Made by a program: the position numbers and the translations under genes
Shown here: positions 1 to 10,100 of the stretch, in pieces
Layout of the letters: every line of letters begins with the position of its first letter
How positions within the stretch are numbered: the first letter of the stretch is position 1
NCBI GenBank assembly: GCA_965230045.1
Contig: OZ245940.1
Span: 458,900 to 522,899, forward strand
DNA length: 64,000 nucleotides
Direction of reading: 5' to 3'
From: Bacteroidales bacterium
Lineage (GTDB): Bacteria > Bacteroidota > Bacteroidia > Bacteroidales > WRLA01
Notes under the pieces: generated by a model
What the model saw: only the letters and a program-made list of their open reading frames with translations
Told to the model about the DNA's origin: nothing
Databases searched by the model: none

Positions 1-198
1 ACAGCCGTGTGAGCAAAAGATACATTATCCCCTGACAGATTAATGCCACTACATTGCTGCTGAAAACTTTAATGATGTCGTTAAGATAGTTTTTCACTTT
101 GGCCTGATTTGATGCAAAGATAAGACCTGCAATGGAATTTAAGGTCTGTTTGCTTTAAATTCAATGGATTGATTACCTTCGCATAGTAAAAATTTATT

Positions 199-1329
199 AT
201 GAACCCGATCATTCCTTTCAACAAACCCTATTTTACCGGCCGCGAAGCGCATAATATGACGCTTGGAGCAAGCTTGGGCAAGCTAAGTGGCAATGGAGAA
301 TTTACCAAAAAATGCCATCAATGGTTTGAAAGCAAGGGCTTCAAAAAATGCCTTTTAACAACCAGCTGCACCGATGCCCTGGAAATGGCAGCACTCTTGG
401 CACGAATAGAGCCGGGCGATGAGGTTATTGTGCCTTCATATACTTTTGTTTCTTCGGCTGTGGCTTTTGTGCTGCGCGGGGCGAAAGTTGTTTTTGCCGA
501 TTCATTGCCGCATCATCCCAATATTGATCCCGACCATATTGCCGAACTGATCAGCCCGAAAACCAAAGCAATCCTGGTTGTGCATTACGGCGGCCTTGCA
601 TGCGATATGGACCGGATTATGGAACTGGCCGGTCAGTATGGAATTATGGTAATTGAGGATGCTGCCCATGCTTTTGACAGCTTTTACAAAGAAAAACCTC
701 TGGGAAGTATCGGGCACCTGGGTACTTTCAGTTTTCATGAAACCAAAAATATCATCTCCGGAGAAGGAGGGATGCTGGCCATAAATGAAGGCGCATTTGC
801 CGAACGCGCAGAGATTCTTTGGGAAAAAGGAACAAACCGTGCTGCTTTTGCCCGTGGCGATGTAGCCAAATACGAATGGGTCGATCTGGGTTCGTCTTTC
901 CTGCCACCCGAAATGGTTGCGGCCTTCCTCTTTGCGCAGCTTGAAGATAAGGATTTTATCCAACAGAAACGAAAAGCCGTTGAAGAGCGCTACTTAGAAA
1001 ACCTGAGGCCGCTTGCAGAGAAAGGTTTTTTTGAAATCCCTGCACTGCCCGAATACGCCACCCGCAACGGCAATATGTTTTACCTCGTTTGTAAAAGCAA
1101 AAAACAACGCGATAAACTCATTGGTTTTTTACGGAAGAAAGGGGTTCATGCTGTTTTCCATTATTTACCGCTTCATCTGAGTAAATTCTACCGGGATCAA
1201 TATTCCGGCAGGGAATTAAACAACGCAGTCCGTTTCTCAGACACCATCATCAGGCTGCCTTTTTATAATGACCTTCAACCGGCTGATGTTGATTTTGTGT
1301 CGGAACAAGTACTTGCTTTTTTCCGATAG
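199..1329 (+). CDS. wecE: DegT/DnrJ/EryC1/StrS-family PLP aminotransferase, WecE/RffA-like (dTDP-4-amino-4,6-dideoxygalactose transaminase type)
   Basis: 376-aa ORF. It is collinear with my recollection of E. coli WecE across its length (IPFNKP, SCTDALEMAALL, GDEVIVPSYTFVSS, FSFHETKN with the PLP lysine, EKGTNR, NMFYL, FHYLPLH). Confidence 0.75.
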   Translation: MNPIIPFNKPYFTGREAHNMTLGASLGKLSGNGEFTKKCHQWFESKGFKKCLLTTSCTDALEMAALLARIEPGDEVIVPSYTFVSSAVAFVLRGAKVVFADSLPHHPNIDPDHIAELISPKTKAILVVHYGGLACDMDRIMELAGQYGIMVIEDAAHAFDSFYKEKPLGSIGHLGTFSFHETKNIISGEGGMLAINEGAFAERAEILWEKGTNRAAFARGDVAKYEWVDLGSSFLPPEMVAAFLFAQLEDKDFIQQKRKAVEERYLENLRPLAEKGFFEIPALPEYATRNGNMFYLVCKSKKQRDKLIGFLRKKGVHAVFHYLPLHLSKFYRDQYSGRELNNAVRFSDTIIRLPFYNDLQPADVDFVSEQVLAFFR

Positions 1330-1382
1330 CAACAAATATTTGAACACTTTCCAAAAAAATCTATACACTTAGCAATTATCTG

Positions 1383-1413
1383 TTTGATAAGGTGTTGAAT
1401 TCTATTATATTTG
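1383..1413 (+). promoter_or_regulatory. Bacteroidota-type promoter: -33 TTTG (1383-1386) and -7 TATATTTG (1406-1413)
   Basis: Exact TAnnTTTG motif lies 19 nt downstream of a TTTG and 17 nt upstream of the ATG at 1431. Confidence 0.45.
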
Positions 1414-1430
1414 AAAAAAAATAGCAGCTT

Positions 1431-3506
1431 ATGAGAAGGATATTGTTTTATTTATTATTCGTAACAGCAGGAAGCCTTGTGTTTTCGTCCTGCGTAAAAG
1501 ACCGCCCCGAAGAGCCGGAAGAGCCTTTTTTGACTGTAAATGACAATTCGGCTGAGCTTTCCAAACGTATTACCTACATCAACGAGCCCCTCGATATAGG
1601 AGGAGATAGCGGTGGGCAAAAATCTACTTTGGATATTGATCCAATTATTCCAACGCCTGAAATGGACTGCGCCACCGGCTGCACCATGGTCATCAACGAT
1701 ACTTACAGCGGGGAACTGAAAATCAAAAACGGTGAAACGGTTTGTATTACCGAAACCGGTGTATTTACCGGAGGGTTGAAGATGCAGGGCGGAACGCTCT
1801 CGGTTTGCGGTACGGCAAATGTGAGCTATATCTCTACCGGAAACGGTACCATTGTTGTAAACCAAACCGGAACGTATTCTGCCAACAGCATTTATATTGA
1901 TCCGCAACTGACATTTGCTGTTTACGGAACCCTCGACCTGCCTTCATGGGCCAGTATGGATGTTAAAGGGCAATTTGAAAACCACAGTACTGTGGCTTTT
2001 GCATCGGTTTCAACCAGTGCACAGGGAGTCCTTTATAATGCAGGGAATATGTCCATTACGAATGGTTTGTCAATAAATGACCGTGTGGAGAATCACGGAA
2101 CACTTAATGTTGGAGGCCAGTTAAGCCTGAACAACAGCGCCAGCCTGATCAATACATGTACATTAACTATTGGTGCAAATTTCACAATCGATAACACGCT
2201 CATCAATGAATCCTATATTGAGGTTGGCGGTGATGTTTACCTGAACAACAACTCCGAAATTGAAATGAAGGGCGGGGCTTTGCTTTCCTGCTACAAAATC
2301 AATGTTGTTGGTGATATTTATAATAATGACGGCGATTATGCCATGATTGAAGCTACGAACCAGCTTGCGATGAATGGCGGGGATGTTGCCGGAAAAATTG
2401 ACCTTTGTTGTCCCAATGGCGTAACAGATTGGGGTGGAAGTGTTGGCCCGCAGGTGAGTTATTGCACTGCATATATTCCGCCAACGGAATGCAATCCCGG
2501 TCATGGCGAACCGCTTGAACCGCAGTTTACCCTGGTTGCCAATGTGCCCCCGATTACCCTTGAAGGAAATAACCTCAGCGCAACAAGTGTGCAGATCATT
2601 GGCGATCTGGCCTATGTGTCCTACCATTTGCACGGCGATCCTTATGGTGCGGCCATTGAAATTATTGAGCTTAATGAAAATGACCAGCCGGTTATCCTTC
2701 AGCAGCTAACATCAAACAATTTTGATTTTAATGAGCTGAAGCTGGATGATGTTACCAACGGAAATACACGCAAAATGTGGGTAATGGGATCACAAAAGCT
2801 CAGCACATCCGAAGAAATTTTTAGCCCGGCTATTCTTGCCGAACTAACGTTGGAAGATAACCTTATGGTGGATCCCTTTATCGACCTGATTGTTGACCTG
2901 AGCGGATATTCAGGGAACTCGGTGCAAAAAGACGGAACATCACTTATTGCCGTAACCGGTAGCGATGGCGGGATTACAGTGCTGGACTATGAAACAAAAA
3001 ACTTACTGGATTATACCCCGCTGGCTTTTGCAAAATACCTGAGTGCAAATGGGAATAATATTGTCAGCCTTACTGCATCTGAAACTGAGGCAACATTATA
3101 TCATTATCCTCAGGCAGACCCCGGTTTTTCAAGTCCGGATTTTTCTGAAAATATTGGAAGCATTGAGCCGCGCGACGGAAAATCGGTTGTTCATCTCGAT
3201 AACGACCGCGCCTATGTAGCCTGTGGCGAAGCTGGTTTGAAAGTTTATAACGCAAGTGATCTGAACGGCCCGGTGCTTTCTTATGATCCTGAACAGGGAA
3301 ACAGCAATGGTGTTGATTCAGACGACGACCTTATTTATCTCGCAAATGGAGCCGGCGGTTTATACCTTTTGAATAAATCCGACCTCGAACTAATCGGAAA
3401 TTACCAGTTCGACGGCTCTGCAAATTTTGTTACAGCCGGAGGAAATGATTATATCTTCCTGGCGAATGGTATTGGTGGTTTGTTTATCATCCACCGTGAT
3501 GAATAG
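1431..3506 (+). CDS. Lipoprotein with a beta-helix-like N-terminal half and LVIVD-type beta-propeller repeats at the C-terminus
   Basis: Signal peptide ending in a lipobox-like LVFSSC. N/G-rich repeats occur in the first half. The C-terminal half repeats the motifs GDLAYVSY, DRAYVACGEAGLKVY, DDLIYLANGAGGLYLL and NDYIFLANGIGGLFII. Confidence 0.5.
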   Translation: MRRILFYLLFVTAGSLVFSSCVKDRPEEPEEPFLTVNDNSAELSKRITYINEPLDIGGDSGGQKSTLDIDPIIPTPEMDCATGCTMVINDTYSGELKIKNGETVCITETGVFTGGLKMQGGTLSVCGTANVSYISTGNGTIVVNQTGTYSANSIYIDPQLTFAVYGTLDLPSWASMDVKGQFENHSTVAFASVSTSAQGVLYNAGNMSITNGLSINDRVENHGTLNVGGQLSLNNSASLINTCTLTIGANFTIDNTLINESYIEVGGDVYLNNNSEIEMKGGALLSCYKINVVGDIYNNDGDYAMIEATNQLAMNGGDVAGKIDLCCPNGVTDWGGSVGPQVSYCTAYIPPTECNPGHGEPLEPQFTLVANVPPITLEGNNLSATSVQIIGDLAYVSYHLHGDPYGAAIEIIELNENDQPVILQQLTSNNFDFNELKLDDVTNGNTRKMWVMGSQKLSTSEEIFSPAILAELTLEDNLMVDPFIDLIVDLSGYSGNSVQKDGTSLIAVTGSDGGITVLDYETKNLLDYTPLAFAKYLSANGNNIVSLTASETEATLYHYPQADPGFSSPDFSENIGSIEPRDGKSVVHLDNDRAYVACGEAGLKVYNASDLNGPVLSYDPEQGNSNGVDSDDDLIYLANGAGGLYLLNKSDLELIGNYQFDGSANFVTAGGNDYIFLANGIGGLFIIHRDE

Positions 3507-3528
3507 AAACGAAAACAACCTATAAATA

Positions 3529-3566
3529 AAAAGGCTGCTTCATTTCTACGGAGCAGCCTTTTTTGA
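3529..3566. terminator. Bidirectional rho-independent terminator between convergent genes
   Basis: Stem AAGGCTGCT (3531-3539) pairs with AGCAGCCTT (3552-3560). It is followed by TTTTTT on the plus strand and preceded by AAAAA, which gives a T-run on the minus strand. Confidence 0.7.
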
Positions 3567-3582
3567 TGAAGGAAATTGATTG

Positions 3583-4545
3583 TTAAATCAGTCCTTTTTT
3601 ATGTTTTTCTCCTATGACTTTCAGCATATCTTCGGTCATGCGGTCGAGGTCCCATTTTGGATTCCAGCCCCATTCTTCACGTGCAGCCGTATCGTCCATT
3701 TTGTTTGGCCAGCTTGCTGCAATGCCTTTTTTCACATCATCTACATCATAATCCATTTCAAAGCCGGGCAGGAATTTTTTCACAGATTCCCTCATTATTT
3801 CCGGGTTGAGGCTCATGGCTGTGATGTTGAAGCAGTTGCGGTGCTTGAGTTTCGACGGGTCAGCTTCCATTAAGTTGATGGCGGCATCAATTGCATCGGG
3901 CATATACATCATATCGAGTTGTGCATCGGCAGGGAGCGGGCAGGTAAATTTGCCGTGCTTAATGGCATCGTAATAAATCTCTACGGCATAATCGGTTGTA
4001 CCGCCACCGGGCAGTGTTACATTGGAGATAATCCCAGGGTAACGGACGCCGCGTGTGTCCACACCAAAACGCTTGAAATAATAATCGCTCAGCAGTTCGC
4101 CCGAAACTTTGGTGACACCGTACATGGTGCCGGGGCGCTGGATCGTGTCCTGAGGAGTGTTATCAAGAGGGGTGGAGCTTCCAAAAGCACCGATAGAGCT
4201 TGGAAAAAATACCGCACAATTGTTTTCGCGTGCTACTTCCAAAACATTGAAAACGCCATTGATACCTACATGCCATGCCGATTGAGGGCGCTCTTCGGCA
4301 ACAGCCGACAAAAGGGCGGCAAGGTTGTAAATCGTATCGATTTTGTATTTTTTCACTATTTCTGCAATCCTAGGGCCGTTCGTAACATCAATACATTCCA
4401 TCGGGCCGTCAATTGCATGGGCAGCACCGCTCGTAAGGCGCATATCGCTGGCAATAACGTTATTGGCGCCATAACGTTTGCGTAGCTCAACCACAAGTTC
4501 GGAGCCGATTTGCCCCAAAGAACCAATGACCAGAATTCTTTTCAT
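3583..4545 (-). CDS. tdh: SDR/epimerase-fold L-threonine 3-dehydrogenase-like NAD-dependent enzyme
   Basis: 320 aa. N-terminal GSLGQIGS Rossmann motif, YGVTK catalytic YxxxK, and GGGTTDYAV plus MMYMPDA segments typical of UDP-glucose-4-epimerase-like TDH. Confidence 0.65.
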   Translation of the reverse strand: MKRILVIGSLGQIGSELVVELRKRYGANNVIASDMRLTSGAAHAIDGPMECIDVTNGPRIAEIVKKYKIDTIYNLAALLSAVAEERPQSAWHVGINGVFNVLEVARENNCAVFFPSSIGAFGSSTPLDNTPQDTIQRPGTMYGVTKVSGELLSDYYFKRFGVDTRGVRYPGIISNVTLPGGGTTDYAVEIYYDAIKHGKFTCPLPADAQLDMMYMPDAIDAAINLMEADPSKLKHRNCFNITAMSLNPEIMRESVKKFLPGFEMDYDVDDVKKGIAASWPNKMDDTAAREEWGWNPKWDLDRMTEDMLKVIGEKHKKGLI

Positions 4546-4686
4546 TTCTGCAGTTAATTTGTTTGTTAATTCATTAACGGCAAAATTAGATTTTTTTAAA
4601 GAACAGCAATGCCGGCGCGATGATTATCAGCCATAATTTAGATTCAGCTTTAATAACCGGCTGGTTTTCTGCTAAATGACAGGAGG

Positions 4687-5358
4687 TCAGCTTTTGATGT
4701 TTTTCAAAGCTTCTTTTTTGCTCAGAGGCTGCAAGGGATGATTTTCCACAAAATCCATAACCATAGCGGGATTTGTTTTGGCATACTCCCGCAGCGACCA
4801 GCCAATGGCCTTCCGGATAAAAAATTCCTTTTCGTGCATCAATGCGCGAATCAGACGGAACAGCAGCTCCGAATCCGTTTTGTCTTTGTATTTCAACTGA
4901 AACAACAAGCAACTTCTTTGCAGCCAAAAATTTCCGGAAGCCATCCACTCTTTGCAAACCGGTTCTATTTGTCCGGGAAATTGTTTCATGTATTCGCCCA
5001 GCGTCCAGGCCGCAATGTAATCTACAGTATCCCACCAGCTTTTTTGCTCAATGCTGTGCCTGATGAGTGCAATTTCATCAACAGTAAAATTTTTCCTGCA
5101 ACGCAAATGCAACTCCATGGCGAAGTACTGATATTCCCTTTCGGCTTTTGCCCAAAGTGCAGGGATCAGCTTTTCGCGCTCATCGCAGGGGAAAGGGTTC
5201 TCTTTCAGGAAATTTTTTTGCAAAAGCCGCCGTTCAGGAGCCTTAATTCCAAAAAAGCCAAACTGATCGCGCAGATAGGCTTTCATTTGGGCAGCCCTGC
5301 TTTCGTCTTTTTGCGCCGCGAGATGATCGCCAAGCTTTTCAATCCAGTTGGTTTTCAT
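4687..5358 (-). CDS. DNA alkylation repair protein (AlkD-like HEAT-repeat family)
   Basis: 223 aa. Contains MKAYLRDQFGFFGIKAPERR and a C-terminal IRKAIGWSLREYAK, which I recognise as family hallmarks. Its start codon directly abuts the stop of the upstream AraC gene (TAA at 5359-5361, ATG at 5356-5358 on the minus strand). Confidence 0.65.
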   Translation of the reverse strand: MKTNWIEKLGDHLAAQKDESRAAQMKAYLRDQFGFFGIKAPERRLLQKNFLKENPFPCDEREKLIPALWAKAEREYQYFAMELHLRCRKNFTVDEIALIRHSIEQKSWWDTVDYIAAWTLGEYMKQFPGQIEPVCKEWMASGNFWLQRSCLLFQLKYKDKTDSELLFRLIRALMHEKEFFIRKAIGWSLREYAKTNPAMVMDFVENHPLQPLSKKEALKNIKS

Positions 5359-5937
5359 TTATAAAAGGCTTTTATTCAAAAAATTAAGCGGATCTTTTTT
5401 GAAATCAGAAACGGAAATCCCGCAAATGCTTTTAAACTGAGTACTGAGGTATTGTACGCTGCTATAGCCATTTATAAAAGCAATTTCGCTCAGGCTCATT
5501 TCATCCCGTATAATCATGTCCTGAACTTTTCGGATCTTTTGATGGATGATGTATTTTTCCAGTGTAATATCTTCTTTTTTCCTGAAAATGGCAGAAATAT
5601 ACTGATAGGACAAATTGAATTTCTGCACCAGGAAATCAGAATTGCGCACCATTGCATTGTCGGTGGTAAGATGCACCAGCTCATGTACCGTGGTTTTGAT
5701 CTGTTCCACCAATTGCTGTTCGCGATCTTTTACCGGCTCAAAACCTTCTTTTTGTATCAGGCTGATGATTTCTTTTTCTGAAATCATGCTTTCATCAAAA
5801 GCAAGCCGGACAAATCCGAGTTTGATCTGCAGAACCTGCACACCGGCTTTTTCCAGCAACAGTTCCAGCAGCCGAACACAGCATTGGCACTGCATATTGC
5901 TGAGGATCAATTCCAGTTCCCTGTTTTCAGAAATCAT
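5359..5937 (-). CDS. AraC-family transcriptional regulator with an N-terminal HMA-like metal-binding domain
   Basis: 192 aa. The N-terminus has NMQCQCC, fitting the MxCxxC metal-binding motif, in a roughly 70-aa domain. The C-terminus has the AraC HTH (SLSEIAFINGYSSVQYLSTQFKSICGISVSDFKK). Confidence 0.7.
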   Translation of the reverse strand: MISENRELELILSNMQCQCCVRLLELLLEKAGVQVLQIKLGFVRLAFDESMISEKEIISLIQKEGFEPVKDREQQLVEQIKTTVHELVHLTTDNAMVRNSDFLVQKFNLSYQYISAIFRKKEDITLEKYIIHQKIRKVQDMIIRDEMSLSEIAFINGYSSVQYLSTQFKSICGISVSDFKKDPLNFLNKSLL

Positions 5938-5942
5938 CAGGT

Positions 5943-7118
5943 TTATTCTTCATTAAGCAAATAGGACGATTTTATGAAATAAGCGCCGTCCACCACAAAT
6001 ATAGCATTCTGCGGCGGTTTTTCAAGGAAATCAAAAGCGGAATATTTTCCTTCGGTATCGCCTTTTTTGATTTTTAATGACTGAAACCAGCTTCCGTCCT
6101 GTTCTTTCCATTCGGGCAAAGTGTAAAAAACAGTTTCGTGGCCTTTGAAATAAACAAAAGCCGTTTCATCCAAACTTAACTGATCTTTAAGGTCGTAGTG
6201 AATATTGGCGGATACGAACATGCCGGGCAGCAGAATGTTTTCCGGATTGCTGCTTTTTACAATGACTTTCACGGTGCGGTCTTGCTCATTTACCTGTGCG
6301 CCAATGGTTTCAATAGTCCCGTCCATCAATTGTGATTCTTCTGAGCTGCCGGGTTTAAAGCTCACCTGCTGGCCTAAACGGATCAGGTGGATGTCTTTTT
6401 CAAAAACCATAAGCTCAATCAGGACTTCTTCGGTGTTCAGGATTTCAAATATTTCCTCGCCACTTTCTATAAATTCACCCGACTGGATGTTTTCGTTTAT
6501 GTGCAGTTTTCCTCCAATATGTGCGATAAGCGGGTAGGCATCTTTAATATTTCCATCCAGCAATTCCGAAGTATCAATATTCAGGCTCAGCAATTGTTCG
6601 GCCTCTGCTTCACAAATTATATTGAGGGCTGCAAATTGGTTTTTCAAGCTTTCAAGTTCTGTTTTAGCAATCATTTTTTGCGCGGAGAGCTGCTCTTTTG
6701 CGGCAATTTCAATTGCCAGGTTTTTGCGCTTAAAATAGTTTTGTGCAAATAGTTTTTGCATTTCAATAATCTCGGGATTTTGTATATAGGCCAGCACAGC
6801 GCCTTGTTTCACCTTTTGTCCCGGAATTGATTTAAGCCTGATGAGGCGCCCCGGGAAAAGCCCGCTGATCTGTACCTCATTTTGCGGTGGCAAAATCACT
6901 TTTCCCCTTGCCTGAACATGGCCCGAAACCGCTCGGATTTCCGCTTTACCGTATTGAAGACTGGCATTTTTGATTTGCTCGTTATTCATAAAAATCCTGT
7001 TTTCGGTCTTTTCTTCCGAATTTTCCTCAACAGGCTGCGGCGTGTTGCAACTGCTCAAAATAAAAGCAGCAAGAATTAATGTGAGATAATATTTATTCTG
7101 AAACATAACCCAGTTCAT
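5943..7118 (-). CDS. Efflux RND periplasmic adaptor (membrane fusion protein, CzcB-like)
   Basis: 391 aa. Signal/lipobox ILSSC, a coiled-coil hairpin segment and beta-barrel motifs (GQKVKQGAVLAYI). It overlaps the 3' end of the pump gene by 26 nt. The start could instead be M5 at 7106. Confidence 0.75.
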   Translation of the reverse strand: MNWVMFQNKYYLTLILAAFILSSCNTPQPVEENSEEKTENRIFMNNEQIKNASLQYGKAEIRAVSGHVQARGKVILPPQNEVQISGLFPGRLIRLKSIPGQKVKQGAVLAYIQNPEIIEMQKLFAQNYFKRKNLAIEIAAKEQLSAQKMIAKTELESLKNQFAALNIICEAEAEQLLSLNIDTSELLDGNIKDAYPLIAHIGGKLHINENIQSGEFIESGEEIFEILNTEEVLIELMVFEKDIHLIRLGQQVSFKPGSSEESQLMDGTIETIGAQVNEQDRTVKVIVKSSNPENILLPGMFVSANIHYDLKDQLSLDETAFVYFKGHETVFYTLPEWKEQDGSWFQSLKIKKGDTEGKYSAFDFLEKPPQNAIFVVDGAYFIKSSYLLNEE

Positions 7119-10100
7119 TTATGGCGTTAATAAATCCTGATTCGATAATAAGTTTATTGTGTTTTTTAATGGCATCCAGATAATCGGTTTGAAGCTCCAG
7201 CGCTTGCCGGCTTTGTAAAATGAAGGTGCCCAACTCGCCCGATTCTCCGCGAAGGGCATTTTCTGCACTTTGGAATATCTGATTGCCGGAAGGCAGCACG
7301 CTTTCTTCATAAAAGCGCAGTTGTTGCGCAGATATCCGGATTTGTTCTTCAAAAACCCGTTTTTTTCTTTTGGCGTTTTCCCGGAGGCTGTAGTGCTGCA
7401 GTTCGTATTGTTCCTTCATCAGCTTAGAGGCTTTTCTTTTGGCCAAACCGTCCCAGGCCCAGATGGGAAGCTGTATGCCAAATTCCCAGCCGGCAAACCC
7501 GCTCGTTTTGTCAATGCTTTGCGTGAAATAGCCAATGCGGAAAGAGGGCATCATTTCCCAGCTGTTTTGATGGATCAGGTTTTGGCTTTTTTCAATATTT
7601 TTTGCAGAAACCTTCATTGCCGGGCTTTCGGAACCGCCTTCCGGTATCCGTGCAATTGGCTGAAAAATTTCAGGCTGTACAATACTTTCGGGCAGGCTGT
7701 CTGTTCCGCAAATTTGTTGCAAATCTGCAAGCACTACATTTATAGCACTTTCATTATCAAGCAATTGATTTTTTGTTTTAATTGCTGCGGATTGTGCCGA
7801 AAGGTAATCCAGCTCAGGAATTAAACCGGCCTTTGCTTTTTCTTCAGCAACCTTTGCACTGAGCTCAGCAAGACTGTCGAATTTCATCAGCAGGTGGTGA
7901 TAGGCGATGGCGTAGTTGTATTCATTCCATTTTGTCAACAGCTCTTTAATGATGTTGTTGTGCAGCTGAAGGTACTCCAGTTGGGCAATTTCAGTTTCAT
8001 TCTTTAGGATTTTGCCTTTGCTGATATAGCTCATGGGGAAATCAAACGACTGGCTGATCCTTAAATTATAATCATTCAGGCTGCTGTTTATTTGTCCGGT
8101 TTCATAGCTTATTTCCGGTGCCGGAAGTGAAAAAGCAGTGGCTTTGAGATGATCTGCTTTTTCAATTTGGAGTGCTGCCACCTTAAGCATATTATTGTTT
8201 TCCCGTGCCAGGTCAATGAGCTCTTGCCTGCTGTTTTGTGCCTGTGCAGCGGTGCCCATGGCAAGCAATACCGGCAGTATAATTAGCGGCAGTTTGGCTA
8301 TTTTTTTAACAGCAGATGATTGAAAGAGTATATAAATAACCGGCAGCACCACGAGTGTCAGGAAAGTGGAAGTAACAAGCCCGCCGATTACCACGGTAGC
8401 CAGAGGTTTTTGCACTTCTGCGCCCGGAGCGGTGCTCAGCGCCATCGGGATGAATCCCAGTGCAGCAACAGAAGCCGTCATTACAACCGGGCGCAACCTG
8501 AGGCGTGTGCCTTTCATAACCCGCTCATAAATATTGCCCATGCCTTCTTTTTCGAGTTGGTTGTAATAGGATATGAGCACAATTCCATTGAGCACGGCCA
8601 CACCAAAAAGTGCAATAAAACCAACACCCGCCGAAATACTGAAGGGCATATCGCGCAGGTGCAGTGCCCAAATACCGCCGACTGCTGCCAGAGGAATGGC
8701 AGTAAACACCATAAAGGCTTCGCGTAAGCTGTGGAATGTGAAAAACAGGATTAAAAATATGGCCAGAAGCGCTATGGGAACGGCAATGGCGGAGTTTTCG
8801 CGGGCGGCCTGCAAATTCTCAAACTGTCCGCCATAAGTGGTATAATAGCCCGGCGGCAGGCTGAGATTTTTATCCAGTTTGTTTTGTGCTTCCAAAACGA
8901 AGGATTCCACATCGCGCTTCCTGATATTGATGCCAATAGTGATACGCCTTTTGGTGTTGTCGCGGCTGATTTGCATGGGGCCGTTTTCATAGCGGATATC
9001 CGCAACCTGCTGCAATGTGATCAGCTCGCCACCTGAGCGGTTTACACGCAGGTTTTGCAGGCTTTTCAGCTGATTGCGGCATTCTTCGCAAAGGCGCACA
9101 ACAAGCCCAAAACGCCGTTCTGCCTCAAAAACATGGCCTGCGGTCAGGCCGGCATAAGCGGTGCGGATTATTTGGTTTAATTCGTTGATGTTCAAACCAT
9201 ACAAAGCCAGTTTGTCCCTTTTGTAGCGGATTACAATTTGTGGCAGGCCCACAATTTGTTCCACGCGCACATCTCCTGCGCCATCAATTTCCTGAATGAT
9301 CGCAGCAGCATCCTGTGCTTTTTCAAAAAGGACATCCAGGTCTTCGCCGTAAATTTTGACAGCTACATCCGATTTTACACCGGTCATCAGCTCATTGAAG
9401 CGAAGCTGAATGGGTTGTTGGAATTCAAATGCTGCACCGGGAATAACCGATAGTTTTTCTTTCATTTTTTCTACGATTTCTTCCCGTGTTTTGGCTGATG
9501 TCCATTCCTCTTTACGTTTCATGATAATCATGATGTCGGCATCTTCAATGGCCATAGGGTCGGTGGGGACTTCTGCCGTACCGATTTTACTGACCACCTC
9601 TTTTACTTCAGGAAAATTTTCCAGCAGGATTTTTTCGGCTTCTGTTGTGGTGGCCACGCTTTGCTTCAGTGAGGATCCGGGAGCAAGGGTCATTTGCGCG
9701 GCCAGGTCGCCTTCTTCCAGTGTGGGGATAAACTCGCCTCCCATACGGCTGAACGACCAGAAGCTGACCGCAAGTATTGCCAGCACAATCATAAGGACAC
9801 TCCATTTTTTTTGCAGTGATTTGCGCAAGACCGGTTCGTGCATGCGGTTTAGAAAACCAATAATTGAAGCGCTGATCTTGCTGTCGGCATTCACTTTTCT
9901 TTTCAAAACCATTTGCGACATTACCGGAACATAAGTAAGTGAAAGCAGCAGTGCCCCGATTAGCGCGAAGCTGACGGTTTGCGCCATGGGTTTAAACATT
10001 TTGCCTTCAATGCCTGTGAACGTGAGGATGGGGATATACACGATCAGGATGATCAAAACCCCAAAAATAGCCGATTTGCCCACTGACATTCCGGCAATGA

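Noticed and set aside
4586-5035. 149-aa minus-strand ORF overlapping the 3' part of the AlkD-like gene in another frame
   Set aside because: It overlaps a gene with clear family motifs, and its own product has no features. It was rejected as spurious.
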